DNA from: Vicugna vicugna
Taxonomy: Eukaryota
Direction: 5' to 3'
DNA: 64,000 nt
NCBI GenBank assembly: GCA_013265495.1
Contig: MU057711.1
Coordinates: forward strand, 2,616,844 to 2,680,843
Below, in pieces: positions 51,201 through 63,078 of this stretch. Made by a program: the position numbers and the translations under genes. Positions within the stretch are counted from its first letter, which is position 1. Each line of letters starts with the position of its first letter. The notes under the pieces are model-generated. The model was given only the letters and a program-made list of their open reading frames with translations, made no database searches and was not told where the DNA came from.

Positions 51201-54200
51201 ATTTTGCTAAGGCATTTGACCCAATCAGGTTGCAAAACTTGTGCTCTGTGACATTCTCTTCCTCTCTCTCTCTTGCCTTCCTGCCTCCCTTCTTTCCCTT
51301 AGCATCTCCTGACCATCCAAGATGCAGGGGCCACAGTGGGCATCACATCTGCTCCCATCTCATTGGTTGAAGCAGGTCACATGGCCAAGCCCAAAGGCAA
51401 TGGAGCAGGAGAGCACCCTCCATGCTAAGGGAACGAGGAGAATGGAAATCCAAGGGACGAAAGTGCCAGCTACCACACCTGCAGACAGGGTGAGGCCACT
51501 CTTGGGGGTTAGATAAGCTGCAGATTTTGCTGCCAACCTGCTCTGCAGTCTTAAAGAAATTATTTTTCCATTGCGGGTCTCAGTTTTCCCACCTATGCAA
51601 TGGGGTTAGTAATACCATATGTGCTTGGCTAGTGTGACTGGAGCGGGTGGGTTCCATGGCGAGGACCAGGGCTACACACAGTGATTCAGAAGGTGACAAC
51701 CCCAGTTTCCTCACTACATCACCCCCTACATATACACATATTGATTTAAATCCAGTTTGATCTGGCCTGGGGTCCAGCTGAACTAGGTTCCATGGTGGCA
51801 GCCACTCAAGCCTTACCTCCACCACTATCTCTTGGATGACACACCTGCTCAGACAGCCCAGTGTGATGCTCTAGAGGGCCGCAGTGGCTTCCAGCGGTGA
51901 TGGAGGGTGGGGCTGGGGGTGAGGATGGGGTGGGGGTTGTTGAGCTGGCCCAGAGGACAGGCAGGTCTTCCCATAAACAGTCAGCCAAGAGTCACGTGCC
52001 GCCGCCAATGGGTGGCTTCAGATGCAGGGATTATGAAGAGAATACAATTTCCTGATAAAATAGAAGAAGCGATTAAGTTAATGAAGGATCGTTTTGCTGG
52101 TTTGAAAACGATAATTAATAGGCATTAATTGTATATTTAGAAGTCTAGCGTGGCGTGGCTCGGGAGCCGGCGTCAAACACAATGACACCATAAGCGCTGC
52201 GTAATGAAGAGGGGGCCCAGACGTTCCTCAAAGCCCATAACGAGAGCTTTGCGAGGGGCTGCTGTAATAACGGAAGATGCCACTCGCTGCTCTGCTCTTC
52301 CTTCAATGGCATCCTTTCTGAGATGATGCTTATCATTTGTACTTTCATCTTCAGTTAAACAGCATATGGCCCCGGCTGATTAAAACCCCCTCCTGGTTTT
52401 AATCAGCAACTCAGGATCAGGTTTCTAATGGTGGTGGCCTTGCTGGTCCCGTGGTAAGCTTTTCAACCATATCTAAGTCTGGAGAAAGGGCGGAGGGGGC
52501 TGAGGGGCTTGGCACTGACCCTGTCCATGGCCCGGGGGGCGGGAGAGCTGCTACGGCCCTTCTAGGACGACCTGAGCCAGGAGTCGGCTCCAGGGATGCC
52601 TCGGAGTTCAGGCTGGGCCGCCTCAAGTTGTTTTTCAGGGGACCACGTTGGCTCAAGGCCAGGCACGGCCAACCTTTGCTTTGGCTGGGAGGCTAGGCTC
52701 TCATACCCCCTCCTTATAGTTAAGTGTGAAAGCTTGAGGGAAACTCTGCAGGGGCCACTCACCCAGGGAGGTCTGAAGAGATCAGCGCCACTGAAGAGAC
52801 TCGAACAGTGGGATCAGACTGATGGTGTTTGAATCCTCGTTGCGCTGCCTGTGGCTGTGAGGCTTCCCCAGTCTGAGACTCACTTTTCTCGCGGTGATAG
52901 GACAACTTCTGTTCCTCTTCTATTACTCCAACTACAGATGAGGAAATTGAGGCTCAGTCAAGGGTTGAGAGCCAACCAAACTTAGTCGATGAGTCAGGAA
53001 GGATGGTGATGCAGTCACAAAGGGGAGGGCACAGACATGGGGGCCTGGGGAAATTTGATGAGGGTCTGCTTGATCTTCTACCCCCGCCCCCACCCTCCTG
53101 AGCTCCTCAAGGACCGGGACCAAGCCTGTCCTTTCATGGTGGTGGACCCCCTGCTGTGCACGGCCCGGCTCTAAGTCATTCCTCAGTAGGTGTTTGGTGA
53201 GGGAAGGAGTGATCCCGCGGAGGTGGCAGAGTGGACCGCAGCTGAGGGTGTCTGACAGGTCTTCCGGAGTCTCCCAGCCCCCTTGCAGCTGCCCGGGGCC
53301 ACAGGCTGGTTCTGGCCAATGGACAGAGTGCAAGTGGCCTGGCATTTGTGATCTCCTATGCATCCTAGTCTCCACCATGTCCCCAGACTGACAGCCTTCC
53401 CTCCCACTGATTCCAGGGGCTCCTTCCCAACTAGATAACTGGGGAGATGCATGAAATGCAAGTTTCCTGTGACAAGTCTTCTTCCTGGCCTCTAGGGCTG
53501 ACTGGATATGGCTGTCCCTTTGTCCTATGAAGCACAGCTCCTCAGAGATTTGAAGGCAGCTATATAACCAGGACTCTTTTGGTTGCAAGTGACAGAATCC
53601 TTAACCTGGCTTAGCCTAAAAAAGGATAGATTGGCTCTTGAAAGATTCAAGAAATTGATCTAAGGCCTTCAGGCATGGCTGAATCTAGGTGCACAATCAA
53701 TGTCATTATTTGCCCTCACTTACTCTTATCTAGCGCTTATTCTCCATCTCTCCTAGCTGCAAGGTGGAGGGTTAAGTGCCGAATGTGTGTCGAGATAAAG
53801 AAATGAGAGTTGGAGTGTCAGATGTTCCTGGTCCCTGCTGCCTCAGTCCCTGAACCTGTAAAATGGGACTTTCATGTTCAAGAAGTGTGATACAGGTTGC
53901 AGGAGTCACTGGGCTGGGAGGACGTTTGATCCATTCCTCTGGGCTGTCCCTTGGGTGGGAAGACACCCAGGCAGAGACAACCTCAGAAGTGTGACCCATC
54001 TCAGGAATGCTCCATGTGGTATCCTACTTGAGCAAGCCTCAGTTTCCATATTTGGACTGCACCCTCTAGCAGAAAGTCTTCAGTGTTAGTGTATGATGAG
54101 CCTGAAAGGGGCTGAAATTGCGTGGGGCATGGAGGAAATGGTATTTGTATCCTTGGGCATAGGGAGGGAGGTGCTTGAAGACACATGTTCGGTTGATAAG

Positions 54201-56176
54201 AGATGATCATGAAATAACCATCTTTTGTCACAATGTAAAGAAAAACCTCAACAGGTAAAGCAGAAAAGGGAGTTTATTGCTTTCGTATTCAGATGCGGTT
54301 TAATCTAGGAGCTTAAGATCATCAGGGGTCAGTGTTCACTTCTCCCCCCATCCTGGGGCTCCATTTCCTTAGTCCCTCTTGGCCAAACTCCCTGGCAACT
54401 CCAGGCTTGCATCCCTCCCCCATCAAGGGCAGCCCGAATTGCTGTCCTCTCTCCTAGTAGTCAATTGAATTGGAGCCCCAAGATTGCTTCTCTGTGGTTC
54501 TGATTGGCTCCCATGCTCACCACAAGACCAACTGCCAGGGCCAGGAGAATACAAGGTTCCACTCAGCCAGGTCTGAATCACACACACAGCCGAAAGCTGA
54601 GGCAGAGCCAACACCTCTTGAAAAAGTAGTGGAGGAAGGGTGGTTATTCTAAAGGAAAATTTGGGACGCATTGCCCAGGAGAAGGGGAAATGCATGCTGG
54701 GAGGCCCACCCAACTGATGTCAACCACTGGTGCCAATTATCAGCCTGCCTGAGGTCCTCTCCTCCATCCCTGCCTGTAGCCTGTACGTTTCTCTCTGCAC
54801 TCACCCCCGGAATCCTAAAGGCCACCCAGCCCAAGACGCCCTGCAATGCTTCTCCCCTCAGGAGAAAGGAAGGGGGCGGCCACCACGTTCTCTCATTAGT
54901 CTCTCTGACATCTTTTGTCACCTATCAGGGGAACAAGCAAGTGCTTTGATCATGGCAAAAGGAGAAACAGTATTTAAAATGCGGCCTGTGAAGATTTGCT
55001 GAGCAGAAGGTGGGAAAGGCAGTCGGTGGCAGTTTTCAAAGCAGAAACATGATTTCCAGTCTCCAACTTGGCTTGTCGGAGGATTGTTAAGGAGGATTCG
55101 CCTGCAGCTTGGGTTATTAAACAGACCAGGAGCCCTGAGGTTGGGGAGGGGGTCCCCAGGGAACTTGGTGGAAGAGAGTTTCTGGGAGGAAAGCGCAACC
55201 CAGCCTTTGATTCATCATGAATCACAGTCCGTTAAGGCTGAATGGCCAGCTGGAGGAGAGCGCTGGGCAGGGAACCCAGAGACCTGGCCTCACCACCGGC
55301 CCTGCGTGGGGCTCCAGACACGCCCCCCCCCAACTCTGGGCCATTCTTTCAGGGTCTGGACCAGTATTCAGAATTCCTTCTTCTTTTTCTCAGGATCTCC
55401 TGCAATTTCCCCCATATCTACCTGGCTGTTATGCACAAAGATTCCCCTATTCCTAACTTAAATGCATTTAATTTAATAGGCACAATTTATATCACCAACA
55501 CAAACGGGAAAAGAATGAAACAGTATCAGGTCCAGAGGAAGAGAAGTAACCATAAAAATAAATACAGGGAAAAGCAACACATCATTAAATTCGAGCTAGA
55601 CACTCTTGCCCACAGGACGTGATAAGAGAAGAGAGCCCCCTCTTTGTTAAAGGCAAAGGCTGGCAAGAGTAGGGGAGGGGGAGGGGAGGCTTTCTCCAGG
55701 CTGTAATTTGAAGGTGAGAAAGGGGATTTATGTCGTCGGACTCTGGGGTTCAGGCGGTTTAAAGGATGAGATCACTGGGTGGGCTGCACTTCTGCTCTGG
55801 GAGAGACTGGACCCCATGAGCCAGAGGCCACTCCCACTGCTGGTGTCCAGGTGTGCCCCTGGCCATCCAGGTGTGCCCCGCAAAGTGAGTTCATCATATT
55901 GGGTCCCTGAGTTGGGGTGTGGGGGGGGAGCAGGGAGATTCCTGCAGCCTGCCTCCCCTGCCTCCCTGCCTCCCTGCCCGACCTGTCCCGCTCCCCCACC
56001 TCCGCAATCTCCCCCTTTCTGATTCTCTGCATAAGCTTGGGTGGAGTCCTGGCCCAGACTCTCAGTAGGATATTAAGCGGGGAGCGCAGGGCACAGGGGT
56101 ATGCCTCCCCCAGTGGATGCTGTGGCATCATTCAATAATTAGTTATTGAGTGACTTCTATCTGCCAGGCACCAGAA

Positions 56177-56586
56177 CAGGCCAGGCACAAAATGAAATCG
56201 TGGGATCCCTTTTCAAAAAGTATTAGAAATTTCAGAAAGGGGAAGTGGGGGAGGGATAAATTAGAAATTTGAGATTAACAGATATACACATTACTATATA
56301 TAAAATAGATAAACAACAAGGACCTACTCTAGCACTGGGAACTATATTTAATTTCTTGTAATAAGCTACAATGGAAAATAATCTGATAATATATGTATAT
56401 ATGTATAAGTGAATCGTTTTGTTGGACACCTAAAACTAACATTGAAATCAACTATGTTTCAGTACAAAATAAAATAAAAAAAAATTTCAGGACAGTGACA
56501 GCAGAGCATTAAGCCAAGTGCAGGGCCCTTGTAGATATGGGGCTCCGTGCGGCTGCAGAGGTCACACACCAGTGACGCCAGCCCTG
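56177..56586 (-). mobile_element. MER45A hAT-Tip100 element split by an L1 3' end (56236-56481, +)
   Basis: MER45A-like halves on either side. The L1 tail is flanked by a 9-bp TSD aaatttcag at 56227-56235 and 56482-56490. Confidence 0.8.
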
Positions 56587-56917
56587 CCAGACATTCTTCT
56601 GGGTACCAAGGGCAGGTGAGCTGTGCCCCACAGGGACCCACACTCGGAGGCAGAGAGGGACAGTGAGCAGACCCCAAGACGATTTCTCCGGGGATATGAG
56701 CTATTAAAGAGATAAGTGGGAGGAGGCAGAAGAGCAGCGGGTCACCAGGGAGGTCCTCCCGCAGAGCCGTGGGAAGAGTATGCCAAGCAGATGGACCATT
56801 TGAGGTTCTGAGGTTCAAGGGGATGTGGCGGAGGGGAGAGGGCAGAAATGAGGCAGGGGAAGTGGTCTGGGGCCAGACAGGCCAGTTGTGTAGAGGAGGG
56901 GAGGAGCTGGATCTCCT

Positions 56918-57308
56918 CATGCCTGGTACCTGCGAATGTGACCTTATTTGGAAATAGGTTCTTTGCAGATGTGATCAAATTTAGATGAGGTCATACTGGA
57001 TCCGGATGAGCCCTCATCCAATTACTGGCGTCCTTAGAAGAAGAGGGAAATGTGGACACAGTTACATACAGAGGAAGGTCCGGTGAAGGCGGAGGCTGAG
57101 ATTAGAGGGATGCAGTCACAACCAAGAAATGCCAAGGACGCCAGAAGCCACAAGAAGCCTTGAGAGAGTCAGGGAGCAGGTTCCTTGTCACACCCTCAGA
57201 GGGAGCACGTCTCTGCTGACACCTAGATTTCAGACTTCCGGCCTCCAGAACTGTGAGGTAGTAAGTTTGCTTTAACTACCCGGTTTGTGGTAATGGGAGA
57301 CTAACACA
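56918..57308 (+). mobile_element. MLT1B/C-type MaLR solo LTR
   Basis: gaatgtgaccttatttggaaatagg...gcagatgt...gatgaggtcatactgga...gatttcagacttccggcctccagaactgtgag. Other degenerate MLT/ERVL LTR pieces at about 27360-27900, 37150-37480, 47400-48240, 49150-49570 and 59320-59570. Confidence 0.85.
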
Positions 57309-57868
57309 ACTTACCAGCAGAGAAACTGAGGCTCAGTAAGTGGAGGGGCTGGCCCAGGGGCAACCGGTGCTCCACCCAAGCGACCAGGACTGGAATCGCG
57401 CCCCCTCCCTCAGGCGCCAGCCAGCTGAAAGTCAGGCTGAAACCTGGAGGCTCTGTGCGCTGCTTATTTCATGCGCCTTATTTTTTTTTTAGGAGTTTTG
57501 GTTTCACTGCCTTCTGCTGATCAGCCTGAGGAGGTGGAGCGGGGGCGGCGAGGGGGCCTCCTTCCGTCCCTTTGGGTCTGTGCGCTGCGGGAAGAGGATG
57601 AGGGAGCAGAAACTGAGAAGTGAGATTCCGAATCCCAAGCGAGGGTCATGGGGGAACTCCAAACAAGGGCGGTGGGGAGTGGCGGTTAAGAAGCAGCGAA
57701 GGATCAATGCTTTCCCAGCAAATCTCTTTCTTTTAAGCATAATTTCAAACCCCTTCGAACGATTTTTCAAAGTCGGGGCTTTTTGTTTTGAGAGAAACGC
57801 TCAATTTCCCTCCTGTTTAATGCCTCTTCTCCAGCACAGCCCGGGAAGCTTTCGGAGCCTCCAATGGG

Positions 57869-57904
57869 GCAGCGCCATCTGCTGGCCGTTTTTTAAACTG
57901 CAGT
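57869..57904 (-). promoter_or_regulatory. Extended CTCF motif (core plus upstream module)
   Basis: The - strand reads actgcagtttaaaaaacggccagcagatggcgctgc. The core CCAGCAGATGGCGC matches CCASYAGRKGGCRS fully, and TGCAGT lies 11 nt upstream of the core CCA. Confidence 0.7.
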
Positions 57905-58744
57905 ATTAGATGCTCCCTCGGTCCCACCTCCATCCAGAAGTGACACATGGAAAGGGAAAGAAGAAAACCAAAAATCAAAAAACACAACATTTTCACAACC
58001 TTGGGCACAATAAAAATGACCAGTAAGCCCATGAAAAATGTCCATACGCACCAGAAACAAGGAGATGTACATTAAACCATGGATACCACTTATCACTATC
58101 ACATTGAAGACAGTTTAAAAATGTCAACATCCAGTGTTTTGGAAGGCTCAGGGAAGAGTGGGTTAGTATAGACTCTCTCTGGAGAGAGAGAAATTAACAT
58201 CAAAATCATTAAACGTATTTACGATTCAGAAAAACCACTGCTAGAAACTGCCTTAGAAAGCACAAATACGAAAGGATCAAGGCATTTGCTACAGCGCTGC
58301 CTGTAGCGAGGAAAATTTGGAACAAACAGGACAGTTAAAATAGCAGTGGCACATATGCCAAAATACAATATGATTAAAAACAGCGTGGAAGTGCTGTACA
58401 CCGGAAACTAATACAACTTTGTAAATCAACTGTACTTCAATTAAAAAATAAATAAATAAAACAAAAAATGGATAAATTATTCAGATAGAGAAAGAATGAA
58501 TTTGGAAAAAAAAAAAACTATACACCGAATAGGCCTGACAGACATATACAGGACATTCTGTCCAATAGCACCAGAATATATATTCTTCTCAAGTACACAT
58601 GGAATATTTTGTAGGATAGATTAAAAAAAAGTACCCCTCTAAAAAATAAGCATGGAAGAATATTATATATTCTAGGAAGATGCTCATGATTATAGACAAA
58701 GTTGAGTCATTCTCTAATCAGACAAATTCATCACATTCAGTGTA

Positions 58745-59155
58745 GTATAATGGTGGGTACATTTGTCCAAACTCAGGATGCACAACACCAAGGGTGAACC
58801 CTAATGTACACTGTGGACTCTGGGCAACAATGAAGTTATCAGTGGAGAGAAGGGTATAGCTCAAGTGGTAGAGCGCATTCCCAGCACGCAAGAGGTCCCG
58901 GGTTCAATCCCTGGTACCTCCTCCAAGCGAAAATCAATGAAGAAACCTAATTACGTCCCCATCAGAAAACAAACAATACAGACAATGATGTTTCAGTGGA
59001 GTCTCATCCGTTGTAACAAAGGCCCCACTCTGGTGGGAAGGTTATCATGTGTGGGGGCAGGGGCTGTATGAGAAATAGAAGAAATATCAGTACCTCCCAT
59101 CCAATCTTGCTATGAATGTACAACCGCACTAAAGAAAGGAAGTCTATTTTAAAAA
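58745..59155 (+). mobile_element. L1MC/MD-type 3'UTR fragment interrupted by a Vic-1-type SINE (about 58845-58981)
   Basis: SINE head gggtatagctcaagtggtagagcgc...ggttcaatccctggtacctcc. Degenerate TSD acaatgaagttatcagtgga / acaatgatgtttcagtgga. Confidence 0.8.
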
Positions 59156-60609
59156 TTAAGAAGTAGGTTACAAATCAGTATGTGAAGACCGATTTCCGTT
59201 GAAGGCAGGGTGAGTTGATTGCGGTCTGTCCTGCGGTCCTGCTCCTCAGGAAAAGGCATGTGGGAGGGTGTTTCCTGTAGACCAGGTCTTCACAAGAGCC
59301 TGCCAGGGGTTCATCTGGGGGTGCCCAGAAGGGAGCATAGATGCCTGGTGCTGCTGTAGCCACCTTGTCACCAGGAGGAGAACTTGTTGAGAGAGAAGGT
59401 GAATTCCAGGACACCAAACCTAAGAGAGAAAGAGAAAGTGAGAAAGACACCAGATGTGGATATCGGGGATTGGGGCTGCAATTTAGCTTAATGCTAATCT
59501 ATTCCTGGACTTTTCAGAGGATCAATTCCTCCTCATCAGATTAGCCTGGCTTTCTGTCGCTTGCAACCCAAAGGGTCTGTGTGCTGCTAGTTCACGTTGC
59601 AGTGAGCCAGTTTCAGGAGACTGTCAGCAGCACGTGGAGCCCCTCCTCCCCGTGGGCCCAGCCAGGTATCCCAGCGGGGGAAGAGCATCCTGGGCCTGCC
59701 TGCTCTCTTTCTGGGCCCAGGCCTGGGCTGAGGCCTCCCCCAGGGACAGAGAAGTTTCCTCAGGGCTGTGCTTCCGCTTTCCCTCTGCTGCAGAGTCTCC
59801 CCTCCCCACGCTGCCGTGACCGCCTCCCTACGGCTCCCTTAAATATCTCCTCCACCCAGAAGCCTTCCCTGACCATCTGGCCGAGGGTGACCATTCTGTC
59901 CCAGCTTCAGCTTGCTCTTTGAAGGGTCCCCTTGATGAGGGCGGGGACCTGATCTGTCCTGTTCATGCTCTTCACAGGGTCTAACAGAGTAGGAACATCA
60001 TGAGTCATTGTTTACTGAGAGATGCGAACACGCATAGACAGATGGTAAGGCTGGTGAGGGGCCCTTTGCTGCCGACCGGGCAGGTGGGGCTCATGTAGGG
60101 CCTCTTCCAAGGGGCACAGTGACTCCAAGTAGAGGACTTGCAACATGTTCTGGCTTTGACCAAACCAGAATCTCCCTCCATTTGGGGGTCTTACCTGATA
60201 TTGAGGTGTGAAGCCCAGAGCCGGAGCCTGGGTACCACCTCCCATTTGGGGTGTGGAAAGCCAAGGAGGTCCATCAAAGATGAAATCAAACCCAGCAGAG
60301 AACTGGAGAGCAATCAGGGCTGATACGGAACAGGGCCCTGGGCTGGGGGAAAAGGAGCAAGACCCCAGCCGGTCTGAGACGGCAGCCAGATAACATTGGA
60401 TGATCCAGGGTCTGCAGTCAGGAGCTCATTTCCCTTTGCAGTATTTTCCATTCTTTCTGGGGAAATTAAAGAGCAGTCTCAACTTGGTGATAACAGATCT
60501 CTGAGGCTGGTCTCTGTCTCTTGTAACAGAGGATGTCCAGTGGCCTCAGACTCAAGGCCAGTCTCAGACAAATGCCACTGAGGTGTCACAGCAGCACTAG
60601 GTTTCTGTG

Positions 60610-60615
60610 TTTATT
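60610..60615 (-). terminator. Candidate SNX20 polyadenylation signal (AATAAA on -); a second candidate at 61117-61122
   Basis: tttatt on the + strand, 1.3 and 1.8 kb downstream of the SNX20 stop. No transcript evidence. Confidence 0.3.
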
Positions 60616-62409
60616 TTTATAGCTACCTTCTAATTATAGCAAGTGGTTCTGATTTTCCATTGGGGGTCATAATAGTAAGTTTCTTTTTCAAATAAGGATA
60701 CTGATGGGGAGCTCCCCCATATGGTTTCTTCGGACCCTTCTACCTTGCAGAGGGTTTTTCCCCTCCTTCTCTGCACCACACAAACACACACACCATAAAT
60801 GTGTGATTTTGAGATGCACGGTCCCCCACCCCACACATTGTCGCACCTCTGAAGTCAAGGGCATCTTCCTCTCTTTTGGCCTGGATCGATGCTGACTTTC
60901 TTCAGAGAGAATTTGCATTTGTGGTGCAAGGTGCCTGAACCTCTTTACCGTCACATCTCTGCTTGAGGTATTTTGGACCACATCGTGTGTATTTAGACCT
61001 TAAACTTGGGGGAGTAGAGTTTGCAGTCAAATTCTGGGAGAAGATTCCCCACCCTCCACCCAGCCCCAAGTCTGATTCATGCCCTCCCTCCTTCATGGCC
61101 TTTTCTACAAAACAGGTTTATTCCACATTGACCCTTGTGTTCATTGGGGGCTAACTTTTGCTCTCCCAGCTTTTTGTTGGAAACTCCTACTAAACTCCCC
61201 ATATTGGGCTTTTTTTTTTCTTTCTTAGTGAATATTTGGTGCATCCAAGGGCTGAGAGCACTCCATATGTGATGAAAGAACTTGTAAAATCAGCACAATC
61301 TTCTTTACCATTATGTTATAAAAGAGTTGCAGCTCTTTTTGTTCTCCCATTTAACACTTTAATTTTCCACATGCCCAGAATTTCAAGAAACCCAGTCTCT
61401 CCCACTTGAAGTGTCCTTCTCCTGGAGTAAACTGAGATAATTGAAAGCTTTCTTTGTTTGAAGGTGTCAGTCTGTTTGGAACCTTCAGGAAGGAGCCTGG
61501 GACCCAAACCAGCCTGTACCATCCGCTCCTGGCTCTGCTTGAGCCCAGGGCATTGGTCCAGAATCCACTTCGCTTGGGGGCCTGACAGCAGACTTCAGTC
61601 CAGGGCCTCCCAACCCATTGTCCCTCAGATGACAGGGGAGTTGATTCAATCTCTTCTACCCAGAGGCCCCACTGAGTATCTTCTTCCATCTCCCTTCAGG
61701 TTATGTCTACATAATCCAGCGAGGCCATTCAAGGGACAGTTGCCTGACAAATGAAAACCCACCCTAGGGAATGAGTTACATCATCCTAACCGGAAAACCT
61801 CAGGCAACTCCCCTTGCTCAAGATACCTTGCGTCACAAACTCTTAAGGCAGGACTGCGTTCCAGCCCAGGATCCTCCCACCCTTCAAAGGATGACATACA
61901 GCCCATCCTGGGGACAGAGCTGGCCTTGAGGAGCAGTAGGTAACCTTTTGTTTTGCTGCGTTGGATCTACCGGAAAGAGGGGAGAGCTGTGTACTTAGGA
62001 TAGTGGGTGGGAATATTTGCAAGCAAGGTCGAGGGGGAGAAGCAGAGAGAAAAGACTCCGAAAGGCGAGAGAGACATCTGTGAGGAAGCAGATTAGGCTT
62101 TGCTTGTGATGTGCAGTGTAAACCTCTCCAGCTAAAGTGAGTAAAGTGCATCTTCTTCTCCAGTGCTTTGGCAGCTGGGTTTGAGATGAAGTGGGTCTGG
62201 TGTCAAGGGGACAGAGGACACAAGCAGAGGCTTCCAAGGACACCCGGGAGCACCTCTGTTCAACACAGATGGTGACACAGGATGAGAGGAGGGGCTTATT
62301 CAAAGTCACCCAGCAAGCTAGAGCCCAGAGTGGCATGTCCTGCTTCGCACGAGTCCCAAACAGCCCAAGAGCAATGGTCATCCCAACTGTCCAGCTTCCT
62401 TCCGGGGAC

Positions 62410-63078
62410 TCAGTACAGATATTCTTGGACGGTGAGTTCCTTCAGGGTGAAGCCCCGCAGGGCGGGCTTCCGAAGCTGGCTCTCCTCCAGCCTCTCCTGC
62501 AGGGACACAAAGTCCTTGCCCAGCGCGTAGGCCAGGCGGGCCATGGCCTCCAGCAGCGGGGCGTAGTAGCGGTGGCTCTCCCGGGCCTGCAGGCACTGCA
62601 GGGCCCTCTCCCCGGCGGCAAAGGCCTCGGCAGGGCGCTCCATGTCGCGGTGGCACACCAGCATGGCGCACAGGGACGGCACCAGCATCAGCGGGCAGTG
62701 GGACGTCAGCTTCTCCTGCAGCGGCACCACGCGCACCAGGATGTCCAGCGCCTTGGCGTACTGGCCCGCCCGCAGGCAGCCGAAGGCCTCCCTCAGCTCG
62801 GGCCGCGTCAGGAAGTCGATGAACTCGCGCGAGCGGCGCACGCAGCGGATGGCGTACAGCAGGCGCAGGTACTCTTTGAGGGCCAGCTTGCGCTCCGAGA
62901 TCATCTCCTCGCTGAAGTTCCCCACCAGCAGCTTTTTGGGGAAGACGACATCTTCGATCTCTTCCCTGAAAGTCTTTAGGAGTTTTTTCTGGAGCCTCTC
63001 GAAGTCTGAATAGCGCCGTTCCAGGATGGCTTTGTTGCTGTCGAAACTCCCGGTCTGGATGACGACGATCTGGTACAT
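62410..63078 (-). CDS. SNX20: SNX20 (sorting nexin 20) terminal coding exon: C-terminal PX domain plus PXB domain
   Basis: Translation [37 protein letters not shown]...[11 protein letters not shown] contains the PX RRYSDF motif and matches SNX20. It is preceded on the - strand by gtgctctctctctgcaccgcag, so the ATG is an internal codon after a phase-0 acceptor, not the start codon. The position next to NKD1 fits known synteny. Confidence 0.96.
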   Translation of the reverse strand: MYQIVVIQTGSFDSNKAILERRYSDFERLQKKLLKTFREEIEDVVFPKKLLVGNFSEEMISERKLALKEYLRLLYAIRCVRRSREFIDFLTRPELREAFGCLRAGQYAKALDILVRVVPLQEKLTSHCPLMLVPSLCAMLVCHRDMERPAEAFAAGERALQCLQARESHRYYAPLLEAMARLAYALGKDFVSLQERLEESQLRKPALRGFTLKELTVQEYLY

